This document shows, in pieces, positions 1 to 8,391 of a stretch of 64,000 bases of DNA; within the stretch, counting starts at the first letter, position 1; each line of letters opens with the position of its first letter. Source of the stretch: Verrucomicrobiia bacterium. Its GTDB lineage: Bacteria; Verrucomicrobiota; Verrucomicrobiia; Limisphaerales; DASXHY01. The translations under genes and the position numbers were made by a program. The notes under the pieces were generated by a model. The model was given only the letters and a program-made list of their open reading frames with translations, had not been told where the DNA came from and did not search any database. Location: positions 19,369 to 83,368 of the forward strand of contig DASTXC010000040.1 of assembly GCA_035765675.1 (NCBI GenBank), read 5' to 3'.

Positions 1-1
1 T

Positions 2-847
2 GGTTCTTATCTTCAAACGGGTGGGACGAACATCGTCGCTGGGAGCATTATCGTGGCACCCCACGGTGCTGGGCCTGCGCCTTGTCCGGTTCATGTCTCT
101 GGCGGCACATTGATGGCGCCGGAAATCATAACCGGACCTGCCGGGCTTTACGGTGGGTTGATCCAAAGCGGCGGGCAGATTATCGTGTCGAATTTGACTA
201 TCGGATCACCCAGCCCCCAAAATCTTCCCGGCCAGTTTCTACAAACCGGGGGCACAATTCGTCAATCTGGAGTGTTCACGCTGAATAACAGCAGCCGCCT
301 CACTGTGGCGCCGGGCGATCAGGAGTTCGGCCAACTGCGAAGTTTCGGGGGTTCGCTTACGTTTGCAAGCAACGCACCGACGATAATTCACTTCGCTGCC
401 ATCTCGTCGAACATGTCACTGGCGATCAACAACTGGTCAGGTTCGTTTGCCGGCGGTGGAACCCACCAGATTTTTTTCGGGAACTCTTCAGGAGCGATTA
501 CACCGGCAGCATTGGTGGGAGTCAGTTTCCACAATCCTGCTGGAGTTCCGCCGGATGTCTATCCGGCACGTCTGTTGTCCACGGGCGAACTGGTGCCCGT
601 CACGGCACCATGGTGGACCGCGGCTTGGCCGGGGGGGAGGATGTGGCTGTCTCCGCAAAGCAATGCAAGTCTGCAGCTCAATTTCCAGGGAACGGCAGGG
701 AGGAATTATCTGATTCAGTCCTCGTCGAATCTGATCGACTGGGAACCTCTCACCAATTCTGACTGGCCCGACGGAGTGTTGTCTGTTTTTAATGTCTGGA
801 CTACAAACGGTTCCTCTCGATTCTATCGCGCTCGACTCATCCAATAA
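2..847 (+). CDS. 3' part of a gene for a large repetitive secreted/surface protein (5' end lies upstream of the window)
   Basis: The frame is open from nt 2 with no stop. It contains Gly/Thr/Ser/Asn-rich beta-helix-like repeats (LQTGGTIRQSGVFTLNNSS). The last ~65 aa (LQLNFQGTAGRNYLIQSSSNLIDWEPL...SRFYRARLIQ) resemble the C-terminus of the giant ORF ending at 35029. Confidence 0.7.
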   Translation, partial: GSYLQTGGTNIVAGSIIVAPHGAGPAPCPVHVSGGTLMAPEIITGPAGLYGGLIQSGGQIIVSNLTIGSPSPQNLPGQFLQTGGTIRQSGVFTLNNSSRLTVAPGDQEFGQLRSFGGSLTFASNAPTIIHFAAISSNMSLAINNWSGSFAGGGTHQIFFGNSSGAITPAALVGVSFHNPAGVPPDVYPARLLSTGELVPVTAPWWTAAWPGGRMWLSPQSNASLQLNFQGTAGRNYLIQSSSNLIDWEPLTNSDWPDGVLSVFNVWTTNGSSRFYRARLIQ

Positions 848-861
848 GTCTGCGAAGGCGC

Positions 862-2004
862 TCACTGATTCTTCACAAACATCTTTCCCGGCAACTGCTT
901 TACCAGCCGCTTCATCTCCAACGCCAGCAAACCAACCGAAACAGCCGAACTCGGCAAGCCGCTGCGGCGGATGATTTCGTCGATGCTTGATTCCTCCGAC
1001 TGCAACGTGTTGAAGATTTTCTGTTCGTTTTCGGAAAGTTCCAGCGCGGGCAGAACGCCGGTTTCGCTCGCAGCGGCAGGACGGTTCGTGGCGGGAAACA
1101 AGTATTCAAACTCGCTCAAAATATCCTCCGCGCCTTCGCACAGTTTCGCGCCTTTTTTGATTAATTCATGACAGCCTTTGCTGCGCGGCGAATCAATGCG
1201 GCCAGGAACAGCGAAAATCTGCCGGCCATATTCCGTCGCGAAATTCGCGGTGATTAGCGCGCCGCTCGAAAGATTGGCTTCCACAACCACGGTTCCCAAA
1301 GTCATTCCGGCAACGATGCGATTGCGAATGGGAAACGATTGTTTGTCCGCGGGCCGGTTGAACGGGAACTGCGTCATCACCGCGCCGTTTGCTGCGATGC
1401 GTTCGAACAGTTCCGCATTCTCGGGCGGAAACACGCGATTGATCCCCGTGCCGAGTACCGCGACGGTTCGGCCTTTCGAAGTGATCGCACCTTGATGAGC
1501 CGCGGTATCAATGCCGCGCGCGCCGCCGCTCACAACTGTGACGCCGAGATACGCGAGTTGATACGCCAGCTTGCGCGCGACTTCGATTCCGTAATGCGTG
1601 GTCATTCGCGATCCCACCATGGCAACGCCGTTTTTGTCCTGCGGCATCAATTTGCCTTTGACGTAGAGTACGATTGGCGGGTCGTAAATCTGGCGCAGCA
1701 GTTCAGGATAATCCGCATCGTGCTGCGTCAACACATGACAGCCGAAATCGCGAATGCGTTGCAGTTCGCCGGTGAGATCCACCGTCTTTTCCCAATTCGA
1801 AATCGCCTCGGCAGTTTCCTCACCAATACCGTTGACGTGTAAAAGCTGTTGTTTCGAAGCGTGGAGAATTGCGGGCGCATCGGCGAAGAATTCGAGTAAT
1901 TGCCGGACGCGAACGGGCCCGACGTGTTCGATCATATTGAGAGCCACCAGCGCTTCCTTGGAATCCATGGGCGATGGAATACTGATTTCCTCCAGACGGA
2001 GCAA
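862..2004 (-). CDS. dprA: DNA-processing protein DprA (Smf)
   Basis: 380-aa ORF with DprA core motifs VVSGGARGIDTAAHQGAI, VAVLGTGINRVFPPEN and GALITANFATEYGRQIFAVPG, plus a C-terminal winged-helix-like tail. Confidence 0.9.
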   Translation of the reverse strand: MLRLEEISIPSPMDSKEALVALNMIEHVGPVRVRQLLEFFADAPAILHASKQQLLHVNGIGEETAEAISNWEKTVDLTGELQRIRDFGCHVLTQHDADYPELLRQIYDPPIVLYVKGKLMPQDKNGVAMVGSRMTTHYGIEVARKLAYQLAYLGVTVVSGGARGIDTAAHQGAITSKGRTVAVLGTGINRVFPPENAELFERIAANGAVMTQFPFNRPADKQSFPIRNRIVAGMTLGTVVVEANLSSGALITANFATEYGRQIFAVPGRIDSPRSKGCHELIKKGAKLCEGAEDILSEFEYLFPATNRPAAASETGVLPALELSENEQKIFNTLQSEESSIDEIIRRSGLPSSAVSVGLLALEMKRLVKQLPGKMFVKNQ

Positions 2005-2118
2005 GTTTTACAAAGTTGAAAATATCGAAGGAGAACACCGCTTTTCGCCCCGAATTTGATTTTCAAAAATGAAGGAATCCACTCGGCCTCTTTCAGTCTT
2101 CGATGATAGATTTTGCCA

Positions 2119-2445
2119 ATGAGCCACAATGCTGATCGTCGTCGTCGCGGGATGGGCCTATTGTTTTTGGGTTTTGCTGCGGGAATGTTGATTGCCGGCG
2201 AAACCATTTTGAGCGCGCGGCTGCGTCAAAGTCCCTGGCTGACGATCATTTATTGGCTGGCGTGTTTTGGGGCCGTGATTCTGGCGATGATCGTGGCATT
2301 GTTGGACTTCTGGATTGTGCGGCGCCGGTCGCGTGCGGAACAACGCGGGCTGTTGCAGGAAACGCTGGACAACATTGCGCATGAAAAGAAAACGCGGGAA
2401 ACGTCGAGAGAGATTGGTAAACCGGATGGCGATTCACGACCATAA
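2119..2445 (+). CDS. small membrane protein, function unknown
   Basis: ATG at 2119 (the ORF opens at TTG 2113). Two hydrophobic segments (GLLFLGFAAGMLIAG, LTIIYWLACFGAVILAMIVALL) are followed by a charged tail. I recognise no family. Confidence 0.5.
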   Translation: MSHNADRRRRGMGLLFLGFAAGMLIAGETILSARLRQSPWLTIIYWLACFGAVILAMIVALLDFWIVRRRSRAEQRGLLQETLDNIAHEKKTRETSREIGKPDGDSRP

Positions 2446-2502
2446 ATTTTGGGGATTGCGCATTGAAATCAGCAGCCGGGTTTGGTTCATTAGGACAGCA
2501 GC

Positions 2503-3369
2503 ATGAGTTCGCCAGCCACCACTTCCGCCGCGGCTCCACTTTCTCCGACCGAACAGGCGGCGTTGATCAAGCTTCTCGCCGATGACGATCCCGCAGTTTT
2601 CCGGGCAGTTCGCCAAAAAATAATTTCGTGCGGAGATACAAACTGGCTGCTCCCACACGCATTGAGCAATGATCCCGTTTTGCGCGCGCATGTCCGGGAT
2701 ATTCTCGGGCATTTCGAACGGCAGCAGGCGGACACGCGGTTTCTTTCGTTCTGCCTGAAATTCGGTGAAGAGTTTGATCTTGAAACCGGCGCATGGCTGT
2801 TGGCGCGCACCACTTATCCCGAGATCAATGTGGAGGCGTATCAGGCGTTGCTGGATGAATATGCGAACGCGGCGCGGGAAAAAATCGCCCTGGAATTCAG
2901 CGCCGAAGAAAAGCTCACCGTGCTGAACGTGTATCTCTTCAAGGAACTCGGCTTTACCGGAAATTCGGAGAACTATTACGAAGCGGAAAACAGCTATCTG
3001 AATTGCGTGCTCGACCGGCGGCTCGGAAATCCAATCAATCTCAGCTTGTTTTACATGCTCATTGCCCGGCGGCTGGGATTGCCGATTATCGGGATTGGAA
3101 TGCCGGGACATTTCATCTGCCGGTATCAATCCAGTTCGGATGAGATTTACATTGATCCGTTCAACAACGGTCAACTGTTGAGCAAGGCGGATTGCGTTCA
3201 GTATCTTCAACGCGGCAATTACAGTTTGAACGACGATTTTCTCGCGCCGGCCAGCGCGCGCCGGATGTTTCTGCGCATCTGCAGTAATCTGCATCAGATT
3301 TACACGGAACTGGGAAAAGCTTCGGAAGTCACACGCTTTCAACGTTATCTCATTGCACTGGCGAGATAG
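2503..3369 (+). CDS. SirB1/YchA-like transglutaminase-like protein with TPR-like C-terminus
   Basis: 288 aa. The central motif NSYLNCVLDRRLGNPINLSLFYMLIARRLGLPIIGIGMPGHFICRY...IYIDPFNNG is typical of the SirB1/UPF0162 transglutaminase-like family. Confidence 0.7.
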   Translation: MSSPATTSAAAPLSPTEQAALIKLLADDDPAVFRAVRQKIISCGDTNWLLPHALSNDPVLRAHVRDILGHFERQQADTRFLSFCLKFGEEFDLETGAWLLARTTYPEINVEAYQALLDEYANAAREKIALEFSAEEKLTVLNVYLFKELGFTGNSENYYEAENSYLNCVLDRRLGNPINLSLFYMLIARRLGLPIIGIGMPGHFICRYQSSSDEIYIDPFNNGQLLSKADCVQYLQRGNYSLNDDFLAPASARRMFLRICSNLHQIYTELGKASEVTRFQRYLIALAR

Positions 3370-3563
3370 CAGAATCACTTGCGGTTCTGGACCGGTAAAT
3401 TGATTCTAATCTACGGAATCCATTTCGTTTCGCAGCAGGGCTTTCAGTTTTTCCTGTTTCAATTTTGATGTTCCAATCGTGCAGCCGCGAAAACTTGCAC
3501 AACCTCGGCGGTCATGGAACACTATCGCACTAAATTTCCGGCAATTTGCCGTGCATCATTGTT

Positions 3564-4916
3564 ATGGTTCAAGCGATCGAAACACAGAACTCAAACGAAA
3601 CCGATCAATACGTAAAGAGCTTTGAGCGGTTCGAAAAACGCGGCCAGCCTGCCTGGCTGCTGCCGCTGCGCAAAGCCGGTATTTCCAGCTTTGCGGAACA
3701 AGGCTTTCCCACACTGCGCGATGAAGACTGGCGTTTCACCAACGTGGCGCCCATCGCCAAACTACCGTTCCAGCCGGCGACAGATTTCGCCATCGACGCC
3801 GCAGTGAAGGACGCTGTCAAAACCGCTGCGTTCAACCAACCCGCGGGCAATCGTCTGGTGTTCGTCAACGGTCGTTTCGCTTCCGAACTTTCCGCGTGCA
3901 ACGCCATTCCGGATGGAGTGAAAGTTCAGAACCTCGCCGCTGCGCTTACCGAAAACGGCGCGTTGGTTGAAAAACATCTCGGCCAACACGTCCAGTCCAA
4001 CGGCAATGCTTTCGCGGCATTGAATCAGGCCTTTTTTGAAGACGGCGTTTTCATTCACGTTCCCGCCGGAGTGGAGGTCAGCGAGCCGGTGCAACTGATT
4101 TTTATTTCCACCGCAAAACAGGCGGGCACTGCCGTTCAACCGCGGAATCTGATTCTTGCTGAGGCCAACAGCAAATTGACGGTGATCGAAAGTTATCTTC
4201 ATACCAGCAAGGCGGCTTACTTCACCAATGCGGTGACCGAACTGGTGGCAGGCGATAACGCGAATGTTGAACTCGTGAAATTCCAGGACGAAGCGCCGGA
4301 GTCATTTCATATCGCCGCCATTCAAGGATTGTTCGGCCGTTCCAGCAACGTGTGGGTTCATTCCTTTGCGCTGGGCGCGAAACTGTCGCGAAACAACATT
4401 CGCACGAAACTCGACGGCGAAGGTCTGGAATGCGTGTTGAACGGGCTTTATCTGACGCGCGGCGAACAACTGGCGGATCACCACATGATCGTTGAACATG
4501 CGCAACCGCATTGCGCCAGCCACGAATATTTCAACGGCATTCTCGACGACAAATCGAAAGGCGTTTTCCACGGCCGCATTCTCGTCCGTCAGATCGCGCA
4601 GAAAACCGACGCCAAGCAAACGAATAAAAACCTGTTGTTATCCGACGACGCCACGGCGGACACAAAGCCGCAATTGGAGATTTATGCCGATGACGTCAAA
4701 TGCACGCACGGCGCGACCGTTGGACAGTTGAACGACGAATCGATTTTTTATCTGCGTTCGCGCGGTATCGATCAACCCACGGCCCGGCGCATGTTGATTC
4801 ATGCGTTCGCCGGAGAAATCATCGAGCGCATTCAGTGCGAATCCGCCCGTGAAGAGCTGGATAAAATCGTCTGGGACCGGCTCGAGAACAATCCGCATCT
4901 GGAACTCGCGAAGTAA
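3564..4916 (+). CDS. sufD: Fe-S cluster assembly protein SufD
   Basis: C-terminal SufB/SufD beta-helix signature (FHGRILVRQIAQKTDAKQTNKNLLLSDDATADTKPQLEIYADDVKCTHGATVGQL, SRGID...ARRMLIHAF). The start is placed at in-frame ATG 3564; the ORF opens at TTG 3546. Confidence 0.85.
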   Translation: MVQAIETQNSNETDQYVKSFERFEKRGQPAWLLPLRKAGISSFAEQGFPTLRDEDWRFTNVAPIAKLPFQPATDFAIDAAVKDAVKTAAFNQPAGNRLVFVNGRFASELSACNAIPDGVKVQNLAAALTENGALVEKHLGQHVQSNGNAFAALNQAFFEDGVFIHVPAGVEVSEPVQLIFISTAKQAGTAVQPRNLILAEANSKLTVIESYLHTSKAAYFTNAVTELVAGDNANVELVKFQDEAPESFHIAAIQGLFGRSSNVWVHSFALGAKLSRNNIRTKLDGEGLECVLNGLYLTRGEQLADHHMIVEHAQPHCASHEYFNGILDDKSKGVFHGRILVRQIAQKTDAKQTNKNLLLSDDATADTKPQLEIYADDVKCTHGATVGQLNDESIFYLRSRGIDQPTARRMLIHAFAGEIIERIQCESAREELDKIVWDRLENNPHLELAK

Positions 4917-4940
4917 CGGGACACGGCTGCGCTTTTCAAA

Positions 4941-5396
4941 ATGTTCGAAGACCTAAACGATCTTTATCAGCAGGTCATTCTGGATCACTGCAAGCAGCCC
5001 CGGAATTTCCACGAAACGCCCGCGGCATCGTGTTCCGCGCAGGGACACAATCCGCTTTGTGGCGACAATCTGAAGCTCTTCCTCGTGCTTGAAGGCGACC
5101 GCATTCAGGACGCGAGCTTTGTCGGTTCCGGCTGCTGTATCTCGAAAGCGTCGGCGTCGTTGCTGACGGAAAACATCAAAGGCAAAACCAAAGCCGAAGC
5201 GATGGAAACCTTTCAGCAGGTTCACGAAATGGTGATGACCGGCAAGCCGCAGGAGAACATCGGCAAGCTCGCGGTGTTTGCGGGCGTTTACAAATTTCCC
5301 GCGCGCGTGAAGTGCGCGATTCTGGCGTGGCATGCATTGACCGCAGCGCTGAAGGGCGAAGGCCAGCCGGTCAGCACCGAGAACGAGCAGACGTGA
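4941..5396 (+). CDS. sufU: SUF-system NifU-family sulfur-transfer/scaffold protein SufU
   Basis: 151 aa, collinear with Bacillus SufU as I recall it: LYQQVILDHCKQPRN, NPLCGD, GSGCCISKASASLLTE, KFPARVKCAILAW. Confidence 0.9.
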   Translation: MFEDLNDLYQQVILDHCKQPRNFHETPAASCSAQGHNPLCGDNLKLFLVLEGDRIQDASFVGSGCCISKASASLLTENIKGKTKAEAMETFQQVHEMVMTGKPQENIGKLAVFAGVYKFPARVKCAILAWHALTAALKGEGQPVSTENEQT

Positions 5397-5418
5397 TTCT
5401 GCGAAAGAGGAATTGATT

Positions 5419-5979
5419 ATGTACAACAGCGAACCCGTAGTCCTGCGCCGCGACGTTGAAGCCGCGGTGGTGCCCGTCGGCACCAAAGTCACTCTCCAAA
5501 AAGGCGAAACCGCCTACATCACTCAATCGCTCGGCGGCAGCTACACCGTGGTCGTAAACGGAAACATGTTTCGTATTGGCGGCCAGGACGCCGACGCGCT
5601 CGGCCTTGAAGTCACAGCGAAGCCGGCCGTTCCGAGTGCTGGCGCTCCCGCCACAATCGAACAGGTGGAAAAGGAAATCTGGAATCAGTTGCGCACCGTT
5701 TACGATCCGGAAATTCCGGTCAACGTCGTTGATCTCGGATTGATTTACGATTGCCACGTCGAAGCGTTGCCCAATGCCGGTAACAGTTTCAAAGTGGAGA
5801 TCAAAATGACTTTGACCGCGCCCGGCTGCGGCATGGGCCCGGTTCTTCAACAGGACGTGCAAAACAAATTGCTGTCCATCGAAAATGTGGACGACGTCAC
5901 GGTCGAACTCGTCTGGGAACCGCAATGGAATCAGGGCATGATGACTGAAGCGGCGCAGCTTCAGCTTGGCCTGTTGTGA
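5419..5979 (+). CDS. sufT: Fe-S assembly protein SufT (N-terminal domain plus DUF59/MIP18 domain)
   Basis: DUF59 motifs IWNQLRTVYDPEIPVNVVDLGLIYD and MTLTAPGCGMGP. ATG 5419 lies 8 nt after an AAGAGGA Shine-Dalgarno-like string; the ORF opens at TTG 5413. Confidence 0.8.
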   Translation: MYNSEPVVLRRDVEAAVVPVGTKVTLQKGETAYITQSLGGSYTVVVNGNMFRIGGQDADALGLEVTAKPAVPSAGAPATIEQVEKEIWNQLRTVYDPEIPVNVVDLGLIYDCHVEALPNAGNSFKVEIKMTLTAPGCGMGPVLQQDVQNKLLSIENVDDVTVELVWEPQWNQGMMTEAAQLQLGLL

Positions 5980-5992
5980 TTGGAGATCTGCA

Positions 5993-7222
5993 ATGAGCCA
6001 TCCCGATTGGTCCCGACTTCGCGCCGATTTTCCCATTCTCAACCAACAGGTTCACGGAAAACCGCTGATTTATTTCGACAACGCCGCCACATCGCAGAAA
6101 CCGCGCGCGGTGATTGAAGCGTTGCAGCGTTACTACGAACGCGACAATGCGAATGTGCATCGCGGCATTCACGAATTGAGCAATCGTTCCACCGCGGCCT
6201 TCGAAGCCGCGCGCGCCCGCACGGCGAAATTCATCAATGCAAAAACGCCGGAGGAAATCGTGTTCGTTCGCGGCACGACGGAAGGCATCAATCTCGTGGC
6301 GAACTCCTGGGGTTATAAAAACCTCAAAGCCGGCGATGTCATCCTGCTCACCGAAATGGAGCATCACAGCAACATCGTTCCCTGGCAGATTCTCGCGGAA
6401 CGCGTCGGCGCGAAGATCGCGTATGTGCCGGTCACCGGCGACGAAGGTTTGCTGGGCTTGAGCAAGCTGGATTCGTTGCTCACGAAAGACGTGAAATTCT
6501 TTTCCATGGTTCACATTTCGAACTCCATGGGAACGGTGAATCCGGTGGCGGAACTTTGCGCCCGCGCGCGCAAACTGGGAATCACGACGCTGGTTGATGG
6601 CGCGCAAAGCGCCGGACACACGCCGGTGGATGTTCAGGCGATCGGTTGCGATTTCTTTGTTTTTTCCGGTCATAAAATTTGCGGGCCGACGGGAATCGGC
6701 GCGCTGTGGGGGCGGCAGGAATTGCTGGACGGCATGCCGCCGTATCAGGGTGGCGGCGAAATGATCCTGACCGTCAGTTATCAAAAAACGGAATTCAAAA
6801 AAGCGCCGCATCGGTTTGAAGCGGGAACGCCGGACATTTCCGGTCCGGTCGGATTGCACGCCGCGATGGATTATCTGGATGGCATCGGCCGCGAGAACAT
6901 CTGGAAACACGATCAGGACCTCGCGAACTACGCTTACGAAAAGTTAGCCGCGCTCGGAAACATCCGGCTCTTTGGCCCGAAGCAGAATCGCGCTGGCCTG
7001 GTTAGTTTTCTGTTGAAGGATGTTCATGCGCACGACGTGGTCACGCTGGCCGATCAGGCGGGCGTGGCGTTGCGCGGCGGACATCATTGCACGCAACCGC
7101 TGATGCACAAACTCGGCGTGGAATCGACGGCGCGCGCGAGCTTCTATTTTTACAACACCCGGGAGGAAGTGGACCGCTTCGTCGAAGTGGTGAAAGAAAT
7201 TCAGAAGTTCTTTGCGTCGTGA
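5993..7222 (+). CDS. sufS: cysteine desulfurase SufS (class V aminotransferase, group II)
   Basis: Motifs FPILNQQVHGKPLIYFDNAATSQKP, PLP-lysine motif FSGHKICGPTGIG and active-site loop RGGHHCTQPLM. The start is placed at ATG 5993. Confidence 0.9.
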   Translation: MSHPDWSRLRADFPILNQQVHGKPLIYFDNAATSQKPRAVIEALQRYYERDNANVHRGIHELSNRSTAAFEAARARTAKFINAKTPEEIVFVRGTTEGINLVANSWGYKNLKAGDVILLTEMEHHSNIVPWQILAERVGAKIAYVPVTGDEGLLGLSKLDSLLTKDVKFFSMVHISNSMGTVNPVAELCARARKLGITTLVDGAQSAGHTPVDVQAIGCDFFVFSGHKICGPTGIGALWGRQELLDGMPPYQGGGEMILTVSYQKTEFKKAPHRFEAGTPDISGPVGLHAAMDYLDGIGRENIWKHDQDLANYAYEKLAALGNIRLFGPKQNRAGLVSFLLKDVHAHDVVTLADQAGVALRGGHHCTQPLMHKLGVESTARASFYFYNTREEVDRFVEVVKEIQKFFAS

Positions 7223-7264
7223 AGCGGCCCTCCGGCTTTGCCGGAAGTCGCTGACAGTCCAGAC

Positions 7265-7527
7265 ATGAAACCGATTTCGGTTCAGGATGCACAGGGGCAA
7301 TTGAAAAGACTGATCGCTGAAGCTTATCGCGGGGAAATCATCGTTCTGGCAGATGGTAACAAACAGGTCACGTTGAACCCGGGAATTGCAATTGATCTGG
7401 AAGAGGACAGTTCGAACTGGAAGCTGAACTGCTAATTACTGCCAAAGGCCCTTTCGCATCTTTTGAAGGTCGCGAACTTCAGGAAATCGCGGATCGCGCG
7501 TTGCAGATACATCGTGACCAGCGGTAA
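7265..7527 (+). pseudogene. frameshifted antitoxin-like gene (Phd/YefM-style N-terminus)
   Basis: In frame 2, MKPISVQDAQGQLKRLIAEAYRGEIIVLADGNKQVTLNP...DLEEDS stops at 7433-7435. The sequence continues sensibly only in frame 1 from about 7408 (QFELEAELLITAKGPFASFEGRELQEIADRALQIHRDQR, stop 7525-7527). Confidence 0.45.
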
Positions 7528-7529
7528 AG

Positions 7530-7723
7530 ATGATACTTCCGCTGCGACGCTCGGAATATTTCAAGATCGACTTTACCAGCACTCGCGCTGGTACCTGGAG
7601 AACGCCAGCGAGACGACCGCCAGCGAGTTCTTAAACGCAGTGAGGGAAACATTGCGACTGCTGGGTTCTCTGGCACTAAAGTCCCATTACCGACCTGCGC
7701 CAAATATTCTACGGTCAGCTTTC
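7530..7723 (+). pseudogene. frameshifted and 3'-truncated ParE/RelE-family toxin remnant
   Basis: ATG 7530 lies 2 nt after the antitoxin stop. In frame 0, MILPLRRSEYFKIDFTS runs into a stop at 7632. The ParE-like continuation (WYLENASETTASEFLNAVRETLRLLGS) is in frame 2 and runs straight into the next gene without the C-terminal half of a toxin. Confidence 0.45.
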
Positions 7724-8365
7724 ATGAAGCGTAACCAGGTCAACTCTTTGAGGCATTGTGCTGCCATCCTCCTGTGTGGATTGATCTTTTTCGGCGCACA
7801 TAGAAATGCAGATGCCCAGGGTGTAATTCTTGATCCCGTTGCTGTCCTGCAAACCGGAAATGGCGAAACGCTTCATTCCGCTTTGCAAACCCTTTTCATT
7901 CCGCAATCGGCTTTCCCTCAGCAGATTCAAATCGCCGTCGGCTTTTCCACCGACGAAATCTTTGCGCCGGAAACTTTCTTTGATTCCGTCACGCTGACGT
8001 TGCAGGACGAGCTTTCGTCGCTGGCCGCCATTTTTTTCACGATGGATTGTTCCGGCGTATTTTGGGCGCCGCTGCCGGATGGCGGAATTCCGGTCGATGC
8101 GAATGCCATTGGCCGCGAATCGATTGAATTTCCAGACCTGTCGCCGGCTTACGCGCATCAGGTTGCCTATTATCTCACGCTGCCTATTCCGGCGTCGCTC
8201 ACCGGACGCCAACTGAATTTGTATCTCGATCTGTTCGACAACCAGAACGCCACGGGATCGCTGGCCTGGATGAGCCAGGCCACCCGTGTGCCCGAACCGG
8301 GCACGGCCGCTCTGGTTGCGCTTGGAACAGTGCTGTTCGCTCTTCGTCGGAAATCAAAACTTTGA
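7724..8365 (+). CDS. secreted PEP-CTERM sorting-domain protein
   Basis: Internal ATG 7724 gives a signal peptide (MKRNQVNSLRHCAAILLCGLIFFGAHRNADA). The C-terminus VPEPGTAALVALGTVLFALRRKSKL is a textbook PEP-CTERM motif (PEP, TM helix, basic tail). Confidence 0.8.
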   Translation: MKRNQVNSLRHCAAILLCGLIFFGAHRNADAQGVILDPVAVLQTGNGETLHSALQTLFIPQSAFPQQIQIAVGFSTDEIFAPETFFDSVTLTLQDELSSLAAIFFTMDCSGVFWAPLPDGGIPVDANAIGRESIEFPDLSPAYAHQVAYYLTLPIPASLTGRQLNLYLDLFDNQNATGSLAWMSQATRVPEPGTAALVALGTVLFALRRKSKL

Positions 8366-8391
8366 TTCGTCTTCAACCTGCTTTGTCTCCC

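Noticed and set aside
7463-7723. The N-terminal 87 codons of the 300-aa ORF that ends as the PEP-CTERM protein.
   Set aside because: A proper signal peptide starts at internal ATG 7724. The upstream part is better explained as the frame-shifted ParE-like remnant.
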